This document shows, piece by piece, positions 52,059 to 64,000 of a stretch of DNA of 64,000 nucleotides (the stretch's first letter is position 1; each line of letters opens with the position of its first letter). A program made the position numbers and the translations under genes. The notes under the pieces are model-generated. The model was not told where the DNA came from and searched no databases. It saw only the letters and a list, made by a program, of their open reading frames with translations. This stretch comes from Eledone cirrhosa (Eukaryota), in contig OZ024741.1 in the NCBI GenBank assembly GCA_964016885.1, positions 406,038,001-406,102,000 on the forward strand. The letters run 5' to 3'.

Positions 52059-55000
52059 AAGGGGGAAGGCGTTACACAGGGGTTGTACACACCCCGAAAA
52101 AATGTACAACCCTCATCTCCAGGAACACCAAGAGTGAGTACTCCCTTCCTCTCTTCCTCTTTTTCCTCAACCTACAGGCTTATATAGAGAGAAGTCCCAA
52201 CCACTCGGGCCATCCTTGCCACATTCACCCACATTTCATAAAATATTCTGGGATACAGCACCTCTCTCTCCATCCTGATTCTTCTTCCAAAATGATATTT
52301 GAAAAAACGAATCAGTTGCTCGCCGGAGAGAAAGGTGTCTGACCTCAGGCCTTTTAACCTCATCCACCATATAACCTCTTTCACCATAGCCATAACACAC
52401 AGGAAAACCGCCTCTCCCTCGTTTTTGAAGCAGGGTGGCGGTTTGATCATGACAATGGACTCGGTGGTCAACTGGACTGATCCCACCCGCGACAATAGTC
52501 ATTCTACATAGCCCCACAAGTCGGTAACGCCCGAGCAGTGTACAAATGCGTGCGCGACGGTTTCCTCGTCGCTGACGCATCTCGGACATATCTTTTTCGA
52601 AGGGTCCCTGCCCGGGCGCCCGTGTCTGTAGAGCTTCTCTCGAACTGGTAGAGCTCCTCAGTAGCACTGCCAGGCCAGGGACTTTTGGAAGTTGTCCATT
52701 GGTCCCGGGCGGAAGGTCCTACCGAACAGACTGGCCAGTTCGTCCTCCTCTACGCCCAGAATTTCTCCGAGCGCTTCGTTGCATTTGCTGCAAACCAACC
52801 CTCTAGAATGTGGAAGTGGAGTCTCCACTAACTGCCGGGTCCGTTTGCCAAAGGACTGTGAGCACCTAAGCACATTCGATGTGCCAGTCGCCCATTTTCC
52901 TCGGTCTTTGCTTGACCCAGGACTGCAGCTCGGTCAGCGAGACGAGTCATGGGAAGGCTCGCCTCACGAATGGGGCCCACACCGGTTGTCCGGTGAGGAA
53001 TACGTAGAGTTGCCGCAACCTGAGCGCGTGTTTGCGTATCGCCAGCCACGGCATCCCCAGCGCTCCGTTTGAAGGGTGTTGACAGCAGATGGATCCTCTC
53101 ACCAAAAGAGCCCGTCTCTCCCAAAGGAATTGGAAGAGCGCGCGCTCCATTTTGGCGAGCGTTTTGGCTGGTCAAGGCGCGACGGTCAAGCGGTAGTAGA
53201 TGACGGACGCTATAAAATTGTTCACCACCTCCGCTCGACCTTTCAAGGATAGTCTGCACTCGGCCCACTTCTGGGTGAGCGCAAACACCTTGGCCGTCAC
53301 CTCGTTCCAGTTCTTCTCCACCTGGAGGTCTGGAACAAACCAGACCCCGAGCAGCTTTACCGGTCCTTCCGTTCAGCGTCCGACGACGCCATCGGAAGGC
53401 ATCGGTTTGCCTCTCCACAGTTGTGTCCCGGTTCAGCTTCGCTCCTGTGAACCTTTCGTATTCAACCAGTAAGATGCCGACCTCCCCTATTTGCGAGGTG
53501 CTCGACACCATTAGTGTCACGTCGTCGGCGTAGGCCGACGCCGCTTTTCCTAGTCCCGATTCCAAAGGGATGCCCTGCAATAACTCCAACTTCCGCAGTA
53601 GTGGCTCGAGAGTCAGTACGTACAGAAGGGAGGAGATAGGGCATCCCTGTCGGATGGATCGCGTGATATGGAACGGCTCCCAGAGGTAGCCGTTCACCTT
53701 GACCCTTGAGCAGATGTTGCTGCTGTGCATTGCAGCAATCCAGCCCCCGAACACGGGTCCGAAGCCTGCCTCCTCGAGCACCGCATCCAGGTAACGATGG
53801 TCAACCCTATCGAAAGCCTTAGACTGATCCAAGTTGATCAGGGCCCCACTGAAGCCGGCTTTACACCCTACCCTCTCTATGATGTATCGCATGAGGTGGA
53901 GGTTGTCGTGTATGGACCTGGTCCGGATTGCGCTTGTCTGCGCTTCTCCAACCAGGTTTTCGATGACAAGCGCCAGCCTCTTTGCCAACACTTTGCTAAA
54001 CCTAGAGTTACAGATTTTGGCCAGAGTTATGGGCCGGAAGTTGCCTATGTCATCCCCTTATTCTCGTCCTTCCCGATTAACGCCCTTGGTCACAGAACTG
54101 GGAATTCTCCCGTTCTGCTGCCAGTTCCAGGAGACCCGAGAACAAGTCCGGCATTGCTACGTAAAATTCGTAGGGTAGACCGTCGAGACCTGGAGATTTG
54201 CGTTTGCCGCATTGACTCAGCGCGTCTTCTATCTCAGCGGCCGAAATCGGCCTTTCGCAGAAATTCGCCTCGCTGTCCGAGAGTCGCGGTAGGCCGTCGA
54301 AGTATGGAACGAAATCCATAGCCCCTCCCGGCGCGGCCGCTCTGCCCGAACAGTTGAGCAAAGTGCCGCTGAAAGGCCGCGCACATCTGCTTCGGCTCAC
54401 GTATCACGCGTCCTTCTTGGTCCTTCAAAGACCGAATCGTGGACTTGTTGCCACGTTTCGCCTCCGTCACTCAGGCCCAGCTAACAGCTTTGGCTCCCTC
54501 GTTTCCCAGAGCACGTATTTTGCTTCTGACAACGCAGCCTTCATGCTTTGCGTCGAAGAACTGGTCCAAAGCCGTTCTGGTCGCTAGCACGCTGGCTACG
54601 TTGCCACTCCTAAGTGCTTCTTCTACTTTATCTACCAGTTCCTTTTCGGTCTTATTTCTATCTAACACTAATTCTTTACTAAAACCTATCGAGTCAAATC
54701 TAACTGCCCTCTTGAGAGAGTACCACCATCTCTTGTTGACAATGGCCCCCGTCAAGTGCTGCTTAACTAAAGTGCTAATCCGTCTACTGTAGGCTTTGCA
54801 TGTCGGTAACAACAAGTTCAGCTTCCAGTAGCTGGGTCCCTGTCTATGGGTTTTGTCAAGGTTGACTAAGCAGGTCACTAATTTATGATCTGAATAGGCA
54901 ACCATGAACATTTGTGGACAGCTTAACATATCCTCATCCTTCTTTTTAACTAGAACCCTATCTAGGTACGATCTAGATGTTCCACTATGATCAGTCAACG

Positions 55001-55825
55001 TCCACAGTGGCACAGTCGGAAAATCTAGTCGATATCTATCGGCCAGGTCAAATCGGCCGATTAACTGTTTGAGGCTATTACATCCCCCTCTATCGGGACA
55101 TGCTCTCACATAGTCCCAACGTGCATCTAGGATTCCATTCCAGTCCCCCACTAACAGCAGAGAGCGGGACGTTCCCAGAAAAGTCTCTAGACGTTTGAAG
55201 AAGTCTGGCCGCGGTGTCCCGGATGGGGCATATGCGACCACCAGCCTGAAGGCTCCACCTTCACTACCGTCAACGTCTAAGACCACCAGTCGATCCCCCG
55301 GGTCCAGATGTACCGTCTGTGTTACGAGGTCCAGGTGTTTCCGCAGCAAAACGGCAACCCCACCCCCCGGCTGACAGAGAGATGCGTAGATCTCAAAGTC
55401 GTTGACGATGGGGGCCAGTTGTCGCTCTCTGTGGATCCTGGACTCGCAAATGGCTACTACATCCATACTGTGCGACTTGAGGTCGTTTAAGAGTTTGCCC
55501 TTTTTCCAGGGCATCCCCAGGCCGCGTACATTCACACATCCAACTCTTATATTGGCCATGTTGGTGCTGAAAAGTTAACAAAAGAGGAAAAGAAATCACT
55601 CACCTCTTCGTCTCCTGGAGACCAGGCTGCACAATTTCCATGGGGGTGTTGGAGGGGTTGTTTGGTGGGATGGTTGTCTCTGGAGGGGTGGGGACAGAGA
55701 TGTTTGGTGGGGAGGGGGTGCCTGGTGGGATGGGAGTGGGGTGGGGAAACATTTTAATAGGACTCGATTGTAGGGTTTGATGCAGGGTTTAACTACGTCG
55801 TTAGGAAATTTTTCTTTTAACTGTT
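52059..55825 (-). mobile_element. L1/Tx1-like LINE, copy 2: ORF1 remnant plus degenerate ORF2 (APE endonuclease and RT)
   Basis: ORF2 starts at 55559: NVRG, ICES, GDWN, SYLDR, SDH, YWKLN (APE). RT motifs and AYADD lie in 52828-53991. Multiple frameshifts. Confidence 0.92.
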
Positions 55826-55852
55826 TATAGATTGATAGATAGATAGATAGAT

Positions 55853-56689
55853 ATGTTTCTTTTATTTGCCACCAGGGCATCAAAAGTGGGACAAGTACAA
55901 TGGGCGGAGTTTACAAAACAAGGCGTCCTCAATAAGGTGGAGGCAATAACAAAATATAAAAATAAAATAAAATATAACAGAATAAAATATATAACAAAAT
56001 CCTCAATAGAGAGGAGGCGCCTTGGAGGGTCGCACACACCCCCGAAAAAAGTGTGCAACCCTTTTCCTCAGGAGCACAGAGAAGGGGTGCTCCCTTAGTC
56101 TTTCATCTTCCTCACCTATAGTCTGATGTAGAGTGAAGGCCCATTCACACGGGCCATTCTCGCCACTTTCACCCATCTTTCATAAAAACGGCTGCGATGC
56201 AGCACCTCTCTCTCCATCCTGATCCTTCTTCCGAAATGATATCGGAAGAAACGGACCAGTTGTTGGCCGGAGAGAAAGGTGTCTGACCTCAGTCCTTTCA
56301 GACGCGTCCACCATACAACCTCTTTCGCCATGGCTATTACGCACAGAAACACCGCCTCTCCTTCGTTTTTTAAGAGGGGAGGCGGCTTGATCGTTACAAT
56401 AGACTCGGTGGTCAACCGGATCGGTCCCACCCTTGACAGCAGTTGTTCGACATAGCCCCACAGATCAGCAATGCCCGAGCAGTGTACCAATGCGTGTGCA
56501 ACGGTTTCCTAGTCGCACACGCATCTGGGACAGATCTTTTTCGAGGGGTCCCTACCCGGGCGCCCGTGTCTGTAGAGCCTTTCTCGAACGGGCAGAGCCC
56601 TTTTGTAGCACTGCCAGGCCAGGGACCTCTGGAAGTTATCCATGGGTCCCGGGCTGAATGTCCTACCGAACAGGTTGGCCAGTTCGTCT
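55853..56689 (-). mobile_element. L1/Tx1-like LINE 3' fragment, copy 3
   Basis: Peptide 56116-56490 is homologous to 52172-52495. The 3' end is AATAAAAG then (TCTA)n. Confidence 0.9.
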
Positions 56690-56711
56690 TATAGATAGAT
56701 AGATAGATATA

Positions 56712-57216
56712 TTTCTTTATTAGCCACAAGGGCGCAACAAGAAAGGGGACAATACAAAGACATGCCGGGGATTTTACATACAGTCGTGTAAAAAATATAA
56801 AAACAAACAATTTCAACAATCGAAATCCCCAATAGGGGGGAGGCGCCACAAATGGGTTGTTTAATACCCCGTCGATAGAACAACCCTCAACTCCAGGAGC
56901 GTGTTGTGCAAGTGCTCCTTTCTTCCTTTTGCTCTCTTCCTCAACCTACAGGCTTATAAACAGAGAAGGCCCAATCACTCGGGCCATTTTCGCTTCATTC
57001 ACCCACCTTTCAGTAAATTTACTGGGGTGCAGTGCCTCTCTCTCCACCCTGATTCTCCTTCTAAAGTGATACTTAAAGAAGGGAATCAATTGTTGTCCGG
57101 AGAGAAAGGCATCTGTCCTCAGTCCTCTCAACCTCGTCCACCATATAACTTCTTTCACCATAGCCACCGTACAGAGGAAAACCGCCTCTCTTTCGTTTTT
57201 GAAAGAGTCTGGCGGT

Positions 57217-57217
<1 letters not shown>
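56712..57217 (-). mobile_element. L1/Tx1-like LINE 3' fragment, copy 4
   Basis: Nearly identical to 49613-50118; (GATA)n on both sides. Confidence 0.92.
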
Positions 57218-57306
<89 letters not shown>

Positions 57307-58309
57307 TAGAGAGAGAAAGAGAGAAAGTTGTAGACGATACTTAAATGTGTGCAGAAGGGAAGTTGTTGGGAAATGAAGGGAAGGGGTGGATGTTTGACTT
57401 TGATCTAGAGAAGAAAAAAAATGAGAAAAATCTCTACAGATATAGAAAGACAGAAAGAGTAGACACATGAAGTATGTGAATGAAAAAGTGAATGAGTGAG
57501 TATAATGAAAGAGGGTTAAGGAAAGAGGGAGTAAGTGTAAAGAAGTGAAAAGCTTATTTTTCCAATATACAACAGGTAATTGGAAGTGACTAAGGCCAAA
57601 ACTTCTCAATCGCAGACAGAAAAAATAACTGCTCGATTTTAAACCATAGCAAAAATATAAATATGATGAAATAAATGAGTTGTCGGCTTTAACTGGAGAA
57701 ACGAAGTAGCAATGGAAAAAGTCAATCACAGATTTCAAACTACAGCAAAAATATAAATATGATGAGAAAAATAAATCAATGGTCGGCTTTAGAAAGTTAG
57801 AAATAGCGATGAAAAACAAGAAGAAATACAAGGTTTGAAGTAATAAAGAAGAAAACGAATATAGACAAAAACGAGGAGATAACAGAAAAGATTGGTCATA
57901 CTAAAAGATTAAGAATCACTGAAAGAAGACAGAAATAAATACCATTTTTTTTATAAGTACTAAGTTAGTATTTATATAAATAATATAATTAAAACCAGAA
58001 GGATCTAAACGTTTTCTTATTAATCTTTCAAATCTCTTAATTCTTGTTGGAGAAACTTGCCATCCATCTTGTTTCGTCAATTAGCTCAGCTACAAATATA
58101 AACTGTTGATGTTTCCTGATTGATTAATCACTAGATAATATTATGTGGTAATGTCAGGCTAAATGATTGATTATTATTTAATCGGATTATCACATATCAT
58201 TGAACTACTGAAGAATAATGATGGGTTCAAATCAAACGGGATATAATTATCAACTCTATCTGATGTCAACTGATTTTACAGTTTGTGCGTGTGCGTGTGT
58301 GTGTGTTTT

Positions 58310-61300
58310 AATGTTGCCTCCATTGCAATGTTGAATATCTCCTTCGTTCACTTATTCCAAAGAAAGTGGCGGCGGCAGAGTCCTTAAACACTCCTTCCAT
58401 CAGGTCCTGTCAGGAACAACCGTCTCCAACTGATCTAGCTAGATCCCAACCGATACCAACCAAGTTCATGGATGTTATCCAACCATCTTGCTCGGGGGTC
58501 TACTCCTGGGTCTCCTGCTGGTTGGTTTTGACCGTAAAATCTGTCCAGCGATTCTTTCCTAAGACATTCTAACCACGTGTCCATAGTATAGGAGCTGTGA
58601 TCTCTCAATTTGATGAAGTAGCGGCTCTATCTGGAGTGACTCTCTCATCTCCAAGCTACCTACTCTATCGACTAACGTTACTCCAAAGACTGGGAGAAGT
58701 AGTGACTCTATCTGGAGTGACTCTCTCATCTCCAAGCTACCAACTCTATCGACTAACGTTACTCCAAAGACTGGGAGAAGTAGTGACTCTATCTGGAGTG
58801 ACTCTCTCATCTCCAAGCTACCTACTCTATCGACTAACGTTACTCCAAAGACTGGGAGAAGTAGTGACTCTATCTGGAGTGACTCTCTCATCTCCAAGCT
58901 ACCAACTCTATCGACTAACGTTACTCCAAAGACTGGGAGAAGTAGTGACTCTATCTGGAGTGACTCTCTCATCTCCAAGCTACCTACTCTATCGACTAAC
59001 GTTACTCCAAAGACTGGGAGAAGTAGTGGCTCTACCTGGAGTGACTCTCTCATCTCCAAGCTACCTACTCTATCGACTAACGTTACTCCAAAGACTGGGA
59101 GAAGTAGTGACTCTATCTGGAGTGACTCTCTCATCACCAAGCTACCAACTCTATCGACTAACGTTACTCCAAAGACTGGGAGAAGTAGTGACTCTATCTG
59201 GAGTGACTCTCTCATCTCCAAGCTACCTACTCTATCGACTAACGTTACTCCAAAGACTGGGAGAAGTAGTGACTCTATCTGGAGTGACTCTCTCATCTCC
59301 AAGCTACCTACTCTATCGACTAACGTTACTCCAAAGACTGGGAGAAGTAGTGGCTCTACCTGGAGTGACTCTCTCATCTCCAAGCTACCTACTCTATCGA
59401 CTAACGTTACTCCAAAGACTGGGAGAAGTAGTGACTCTATCTGGAGTGACTCTCTCATCTCCAAGCTACCAACTCTATCGACTAACGTTACTCCAAAGAC
59501 TGGGAGAAGTAGTGACTCTATCTGGAGTGACTCTCTCATCTCCAAGCTACCTACTCTATCGACTAACGTTACTCCAAAGACTGGGAGAAGTAGTGACTCT
59601 ATCTGGAGTGACTCTCTCATCTCCAAGCTACCAACTCTATCGACTAACGTTACTCCAAAGACTGGGAGAAGTAGTGACTCTATCTGGAGTGACTCTCTCA
59701 TCTCCAAGCTACCTACTCTATCGACTAACGTTACTCCAAAGACTGGGAGAAGTAGTGGCTCTACCTGGAGTGACTCTCTCATCTCCAAGCTACCTACTCT
59801 ATCGACTAACGTTACTCCAAAGACTGGGAGAAGTAGTGACTCTATCTGGAGTGACTCTCTCATCACGAAGCTACCAACTCTATCGACTAACGTTACTCCA
59901 AAGACTGGGAGAAGTAGTGACTCTATCTGGAGTGACTCTCTCATCTCCAAGCTACCTACTCTATCGACTAACGTTACTCCAAAGACTGGGAGAAGTAGTG
60001 ACTCTATCTGGAGTGACTCTCTCATCTCCAAGCTACCTACTCTATCGACTAACGTTACTCCAAAGACTGGGAGAAGTAGTGGCTCTACCTGGAGTGACTC
60101 TCTCATCTCCAAGCTACCTACTCTATCGACTAACGTTACTCCAAAGACTGGGAGAAGTAGTGACTCTATCTGGAGTGACTCTCTCATCTCCAAGCTACCA
60201 ACTCTATCGACTAACGTTACTCCAAAGACTGGGAGAAGTAGTGACTCTATCTGGAGTGACTCTCTCATCTCCAAGCTACCAACTCTATCGACTAACGTTA
60301 CTCCAAAGACTGGGAGAAGTAGTGACTCTATCTGGAGTGACTCTCTCATCTCCAAGCTACCAACTCTATCGACTAACGTTACTCCAAAGACTGGGAGAAG
60401 TAGTGACTCTATCTGGAGTGACTCTCTCATCACCAAGCTACCAACTCTATCGACTAACGTTACTCCAAAGACTGGGAGAAGTAGTGGCTCTACCTGGAGT
60501 GACTCTCTCATCTCCAAGCTACCTACTCTATCGACTAACGTTACTCCAAAGACTGGGAGAAGTAGTGACTCTATCTGGAGTGACTCTCTCATCTCCAAGC
60601 TACCTACTCTATCGACTAACGTTACTCCAAAGACTGGGAGAAGTAGTGGCTCTACCTGGAGTGACTCTCTCATCTCCAAGCTACCTACTCTATCGACTAA
60701 CGTTACTCCAAAGACTGGGAGAAGTAGTGACTCTATCTGGAGTGACTCTCTCATCTCCAAGCTACCAACTCTATCGACTAACGTTACTCCAAAGACTGGG
60801 AGAAGTAGTGACTCTATCTGGAGTGACTCTCTCATCTCCAAGCTACCAACTCTATCGACTAACGTTACTCCAAAGACTGGGAGAAGTAGTGACTCTATCT
60901 GGAGTGACTCTCTCATCTCCAAGCTACCTACTCTATCGACTAACGTTACTCCAAAGACTGGGAGAAGTAGTGACTCTATCTGGAGTGACTCTCTCATCTC
61001 CAAGCTACCAACTCTATCGACTAACGTTACTCCAAAGACTGGGAGAAGTAGTGACTCTATCTGGAGTGACTCTCTCATCTCCAAGCTACCAACTCTATCG
61101 ACTAACGTTACTCCAAAGACTGGGAGAAGTAGTGACTCTATCTGGAGTGACTCTCTCATCTCCAAGCTACCAACTCTATCGACTAACGTTACTCCAAAGA
61201 CTGGGAGAAGTAGTGACTCTACCTGGAGTGACTCTCTCATCTCCAAGCTACCAACTCTATCGACTAACGTTACTCCAAAGACTGGGAGAAGTAGTGACTC

Positions 61301-61432
61301 TATCTGGAGTGACTCTCTCATCTCCAAGCTACCTACTCTATCGACTAACGTTACTCCAAAGACACTTTCAAAGAAACCCATTTCGCCAGCTTGTATTCGT
61401 GAATACAAACCGATAGATCAACCACCATCTTG
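58310..61432 (-). mobile_element. RTE-clade LINE 3' fragment inflated by an internal tandem array
   Basis: Collapsed peptide SRIQAGEMGFF..GVTLVDRVGSLEMRESLQIEPLLHQIERSQLLYYGHVVRMS matches the RTE post-RT region. Confidence 0.8.
58617..61363. repeat. 81-bp minisatellite, ~34 near-identical copies
   Basis: Period 81 (CTCCAAAGA at 58681 and 58762). The 949-aa ORF equals 15 + 33x27 + 43 aa. Confidence 0.97.
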
Positions 61433-61693
61433 ACACTGTTGTGTTATATTCTAGAGTTTCCACCGAAAGAAAATAACATTGTTATATAACTACGACTTAA
61501 ATACACGTGTTTAAATAACAATATAAGTCTTATAGACCAGACTTGCAATTATCATATGATTGAATTTCTTCACAAACATATTTCTCTTTAGTAAAATGAG
61601 TTTTATTCTCATTCGTCTATTGATAGTAAGTTATACAATAAATCTTGAATTAAGTAGATTCCTCAATCATGGCTATTTGGTAATCATTTTACT

Positions 61694-61727
<34 letters not shown>

Positions 61728-61734
<7 letters not shown>

Positions 61735-64000
61735 TGCCCCTCGTTATCGAGTATGGCCATTGCACGAGAAAGAAAAAAAAAATATATATATATACATATA
61801 TATTAATAACAATAATAATAATAATAACAACAATAATAATAACGATAACAACAACAATAATAATATACATATATATATATATACGCACACACATAAATAT
61901 ATCTATACACACACACACACACAATAGCAACTAACAGCGCTGCGATCGAATGTGTTTTTTTAGCCCAGCCAATGATCTAAAATGTCTTACACAGAGTCGG
62001 CAACCAAAATATTCACTGGGAATAGCCGGCTGTGGTTGGAGTTCATGTACTTTTGCATGTCGTTTGAGCCCTCCTGCTGATTTACATTCTCTATCACATG
62101 CTTGGCAAGCATGATGAGTAGCATCTCCAACAGCAGCCTGGTAGTCAACCACTGGTCTTACTTTATGACTGCGAAGATGACTTTCGAGTCCAGCTTTGCT
62201 TAGGCAGAGTCTCGCACAGACGTTGCATGTCAGCACCATAGGAGGACCCTCGCCGTCTGGAAGTGCAACAGCAAGGCCCTTCCTCACATCCCGCTTTACT
62301 TTCTCGTATGCGATTCGAGATGCCTCAAAGGCAACTTTTCCCTCATATACAGTCTTTCTCCATTTATTACGGTCAGCAGCAATATTTTCCCATGTACCAG
62401 CAGAGATGTTAGTGTCTTTCAAAGAGGCTTTCAAGGAATCCTTATACCTCTTTTTTGGTTTATGTGGCGGTCGTTTTCCTTTAACTAACTCTCCATAAAA
62501 GAGTTGTTTTGGTATTTTAGAATCCTTCATCCTGGCAAGGTGACCACTCCAACGAAGTCGTTGCTTAAGCACAAGAGCTTCTATACTGTCACACATAGAG
62601 CTTTCCAAAATCTCGACATCACTGACGTGGTCCCTCCAGTGAACGCCATGGATCCATCTGAGACACATCTGATGGAAACGCTCCAATTGCTTAAGGTGGT
62701 GTCGATATGTGACCCAGGTCTTGCAGGCATAAAGAAGACAAGAGAGCACACATGCCCTGTACACCTTTACCTTTGTCTTCTTGCATATGTCTCGCCGACC
62801 CCAGAGTCGCCTTTCTAGCTTTCCGAAAGCATCACTTGCTTTCCTAATCCTAAGTGAGATTTCACTATCAAGGTTGCTGTATCGATTGACAGTGCTTCCC
62901 AGATAGACAAACTGATCAACCACTCCAAGTCGTTTACCATACACATAGATATTTGGTTCACTGTACTGCTTACCAGGGGCAGGTTGGTACATGACGACGG
63001 TTTTCTTGAGACTGACAGTCAATCCTAGGGCAGTGCAAGCGTCAGAAAATGCATTCAAAATGTGCTGTATATCACTCTCTGTGTGGGCTACAAGATCGCA
63101 ATCATCTGCATACGAGAGGTCTCTTATGATTGATGTAAATACTTTTGTCTTTGCAGCAAAGCGCCTGATGTTAAATATTCTGCCTGAGGTTCGATATCGG
63201 ATGTAAACACCATGCTCGCAATTCTTGAATGCAATACAGAAAACCATTGCAAAGTATATGGCAAACAGGATCGGTGCTGGAATATCCCCCTGTTTCACTC
63301 CATTTTTTACTGAGATAGTCTCCGACATGTTACCTCCGACATTAACCCAAGCCTTCATGTCGTCATGGAAAGACCTAACTAAAGCAAGGAACTTATCAGG
63401 GCAACCAAGTTTCTGGAGAACCTTCCATAATGCATTTCTGTTAACAGTATCGAAAGCTTTTGTCAGATCGACAAAAACCTGATACAGATCCAAACCTTGT
63501 TCCATGCACTTCTCCTGGAGCTCTCTAGCTGAGAAGATCATATCAGTAGTACCGCGTCCAGCACGAAAAGCAGATTGACTTTCAAGAAGAACACAATCTG
63601 CAATGTGTGTCAGCAGACGGTCCAGAAGCACCCTACATAAAACTTTCCCTACGACAGAAAGCAATGATATACCTCTGTAGTGCCCACAACATTCCTGTTA
63701 CCCTTTCCCTTGTACAAGACCACCATTACTGCAACTCTCCAGTCCTCAGGTACGGATTCATTAGCCCATATCCTGCCAAACAAAGAGTGAAGATGTTGCA
63801 GGAGTCTCTCACCACCATATTGTAGGAGCTCAGCATGTATGCCATCCATACCTGGAGACCTTCCACTGTTCAGCTTCGAGATAGCCACTGCATCCTCCAC
63901 AAGCGTCGGAGGTTCTGCGAGAGCTACTTTCACTGGACTTTCTGGAATGAGATTGAGGAAATCCTCACTGACGACAGACGGCTGATTCAAAAGATTATCA
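61728..64000 (-). mobile_element. RTE-clade LINE continuing beyond the window end
   Basis: GRSPGMDGIHAELLQYGG..VPEDWR (63990-63649), then a frameshift near 63660 into the 577-aa RT ORF. The probable 3' end (GCAATGGCCATACTCGATAACGAGGGGCAGCCATCA) lies at 61728-61768. Confidence 0.88.
61931..63664 (-). CDS. LINE reverse transcriptase C-terminal part with three C2H2-like zinc fingers (frameshifted from its upstream part)
   Basis: FVDLTKAFD, GVKQGD, YADD, FVYLGS, LRWSGH. Fingers: CNVC..HLRSH, CQAC..HAKVH, CRLC..HIRSQ. Confidence 0.88.
   Translation of the reverse strand: MLSVVGKVLCRVLLDRLLTHIADCVLLESQSAFRAGRGTTDMIFSARELQEKCMEQGLDLYQVFVDLTKAFDTVNRNALWKVLQKLGCPDKFLALVRSFHDDMKAWVNVGGNMSETISVKNGVKQGDIPAPILFAIYFAMVFCIAFKNCEHGVYIRYRTSGRIFNIRRFAAKTKVFTSIIRDLSYADDCDLVAHTESDIQHILNAFSDACTALGLTVSLKKTVVMYQPAPGKQYSEPNIYVYGKRLGVVDQFVYLGSTVNRYSNLDSEISLRIRKASDAFGKLERRLWGRRDICKKTKVKVYRACVLSCLLYACKTWVTYRHHLKQLERFHQMCLRWIHGVHWRDHVSDVEILESSMCDSIEALVLKQRLRWSGHLARMKDSKIPKQLFYGELVKGKRPPHKPKKRYKDSLKASLKDTNISAGTWENIAADRNKWRKTVYEGKVAFEASRIAYEKVKRDVRKGLAVALPDGEGPPMVLTCNVCARLCLSKAGLESHLRSHKVRPVVDYQAAVGDATHHACQACDRECKSAGGLKRHAKVHELQPQPAIPSEYFGCRLCVRHFRSLAGLKKHIRSQRC

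Noticed and set aside
55597-55606. Consensus splice donor GAG|GTGAGT on the minus strand
   Set aside because: It coincides with the LINE ORF1 stop region and no matching host exon was seen; splicing within the element cannot be supported from sequence alone.
57073-57831. 252-aa Phe/Leu/Ser-rich ORF
   Set aside because: It is the antisense of purine-rich low-complexity DNA plus (GATA)n and an off-frame LINE piece.

Overview
Eukaryotic, AT- and microsatellite-rich DNA with no recognisable host protein-coding gene. SINE style and (TA)n/(GA)n/(GATA)n density suggest an octopus/cephalopod genome (inference). Main contents: (1) a ~26-kb array of a 41-bp satellite (15571-41603) with higher-order block duplications; (2) several Penelope-like retroelements (PLEs): Naiad-type copies with a CNC-x5-CPL-x3-C linker plus GIY-YIG, and one Neptune/Poseidon-type fragment, most with inverted pseudo-LTRs and ends in (TA)n; (3) about 12 full or damaged type I hammerhead ribozyme motifs from six sequence families, plus half motifs, including non-canonical cores (UUGAGAA, CUGANAA, CAGAAGA); (4) a stack of four L1/Tx1-like LINE copies mostly joined by (GATA)n; (5) an RTE-type LINE fragment whose 81-bp coding segment is amplified ~34x; (6) an RTE-type RT ORF ending in three C2H2-like zinc fingers; (7) tRNA-derived SINEs, palindromes and possible exons of a spliced non-coding minus-strand transcript. 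All calls were made by eye; no database searches or folding programs were run.
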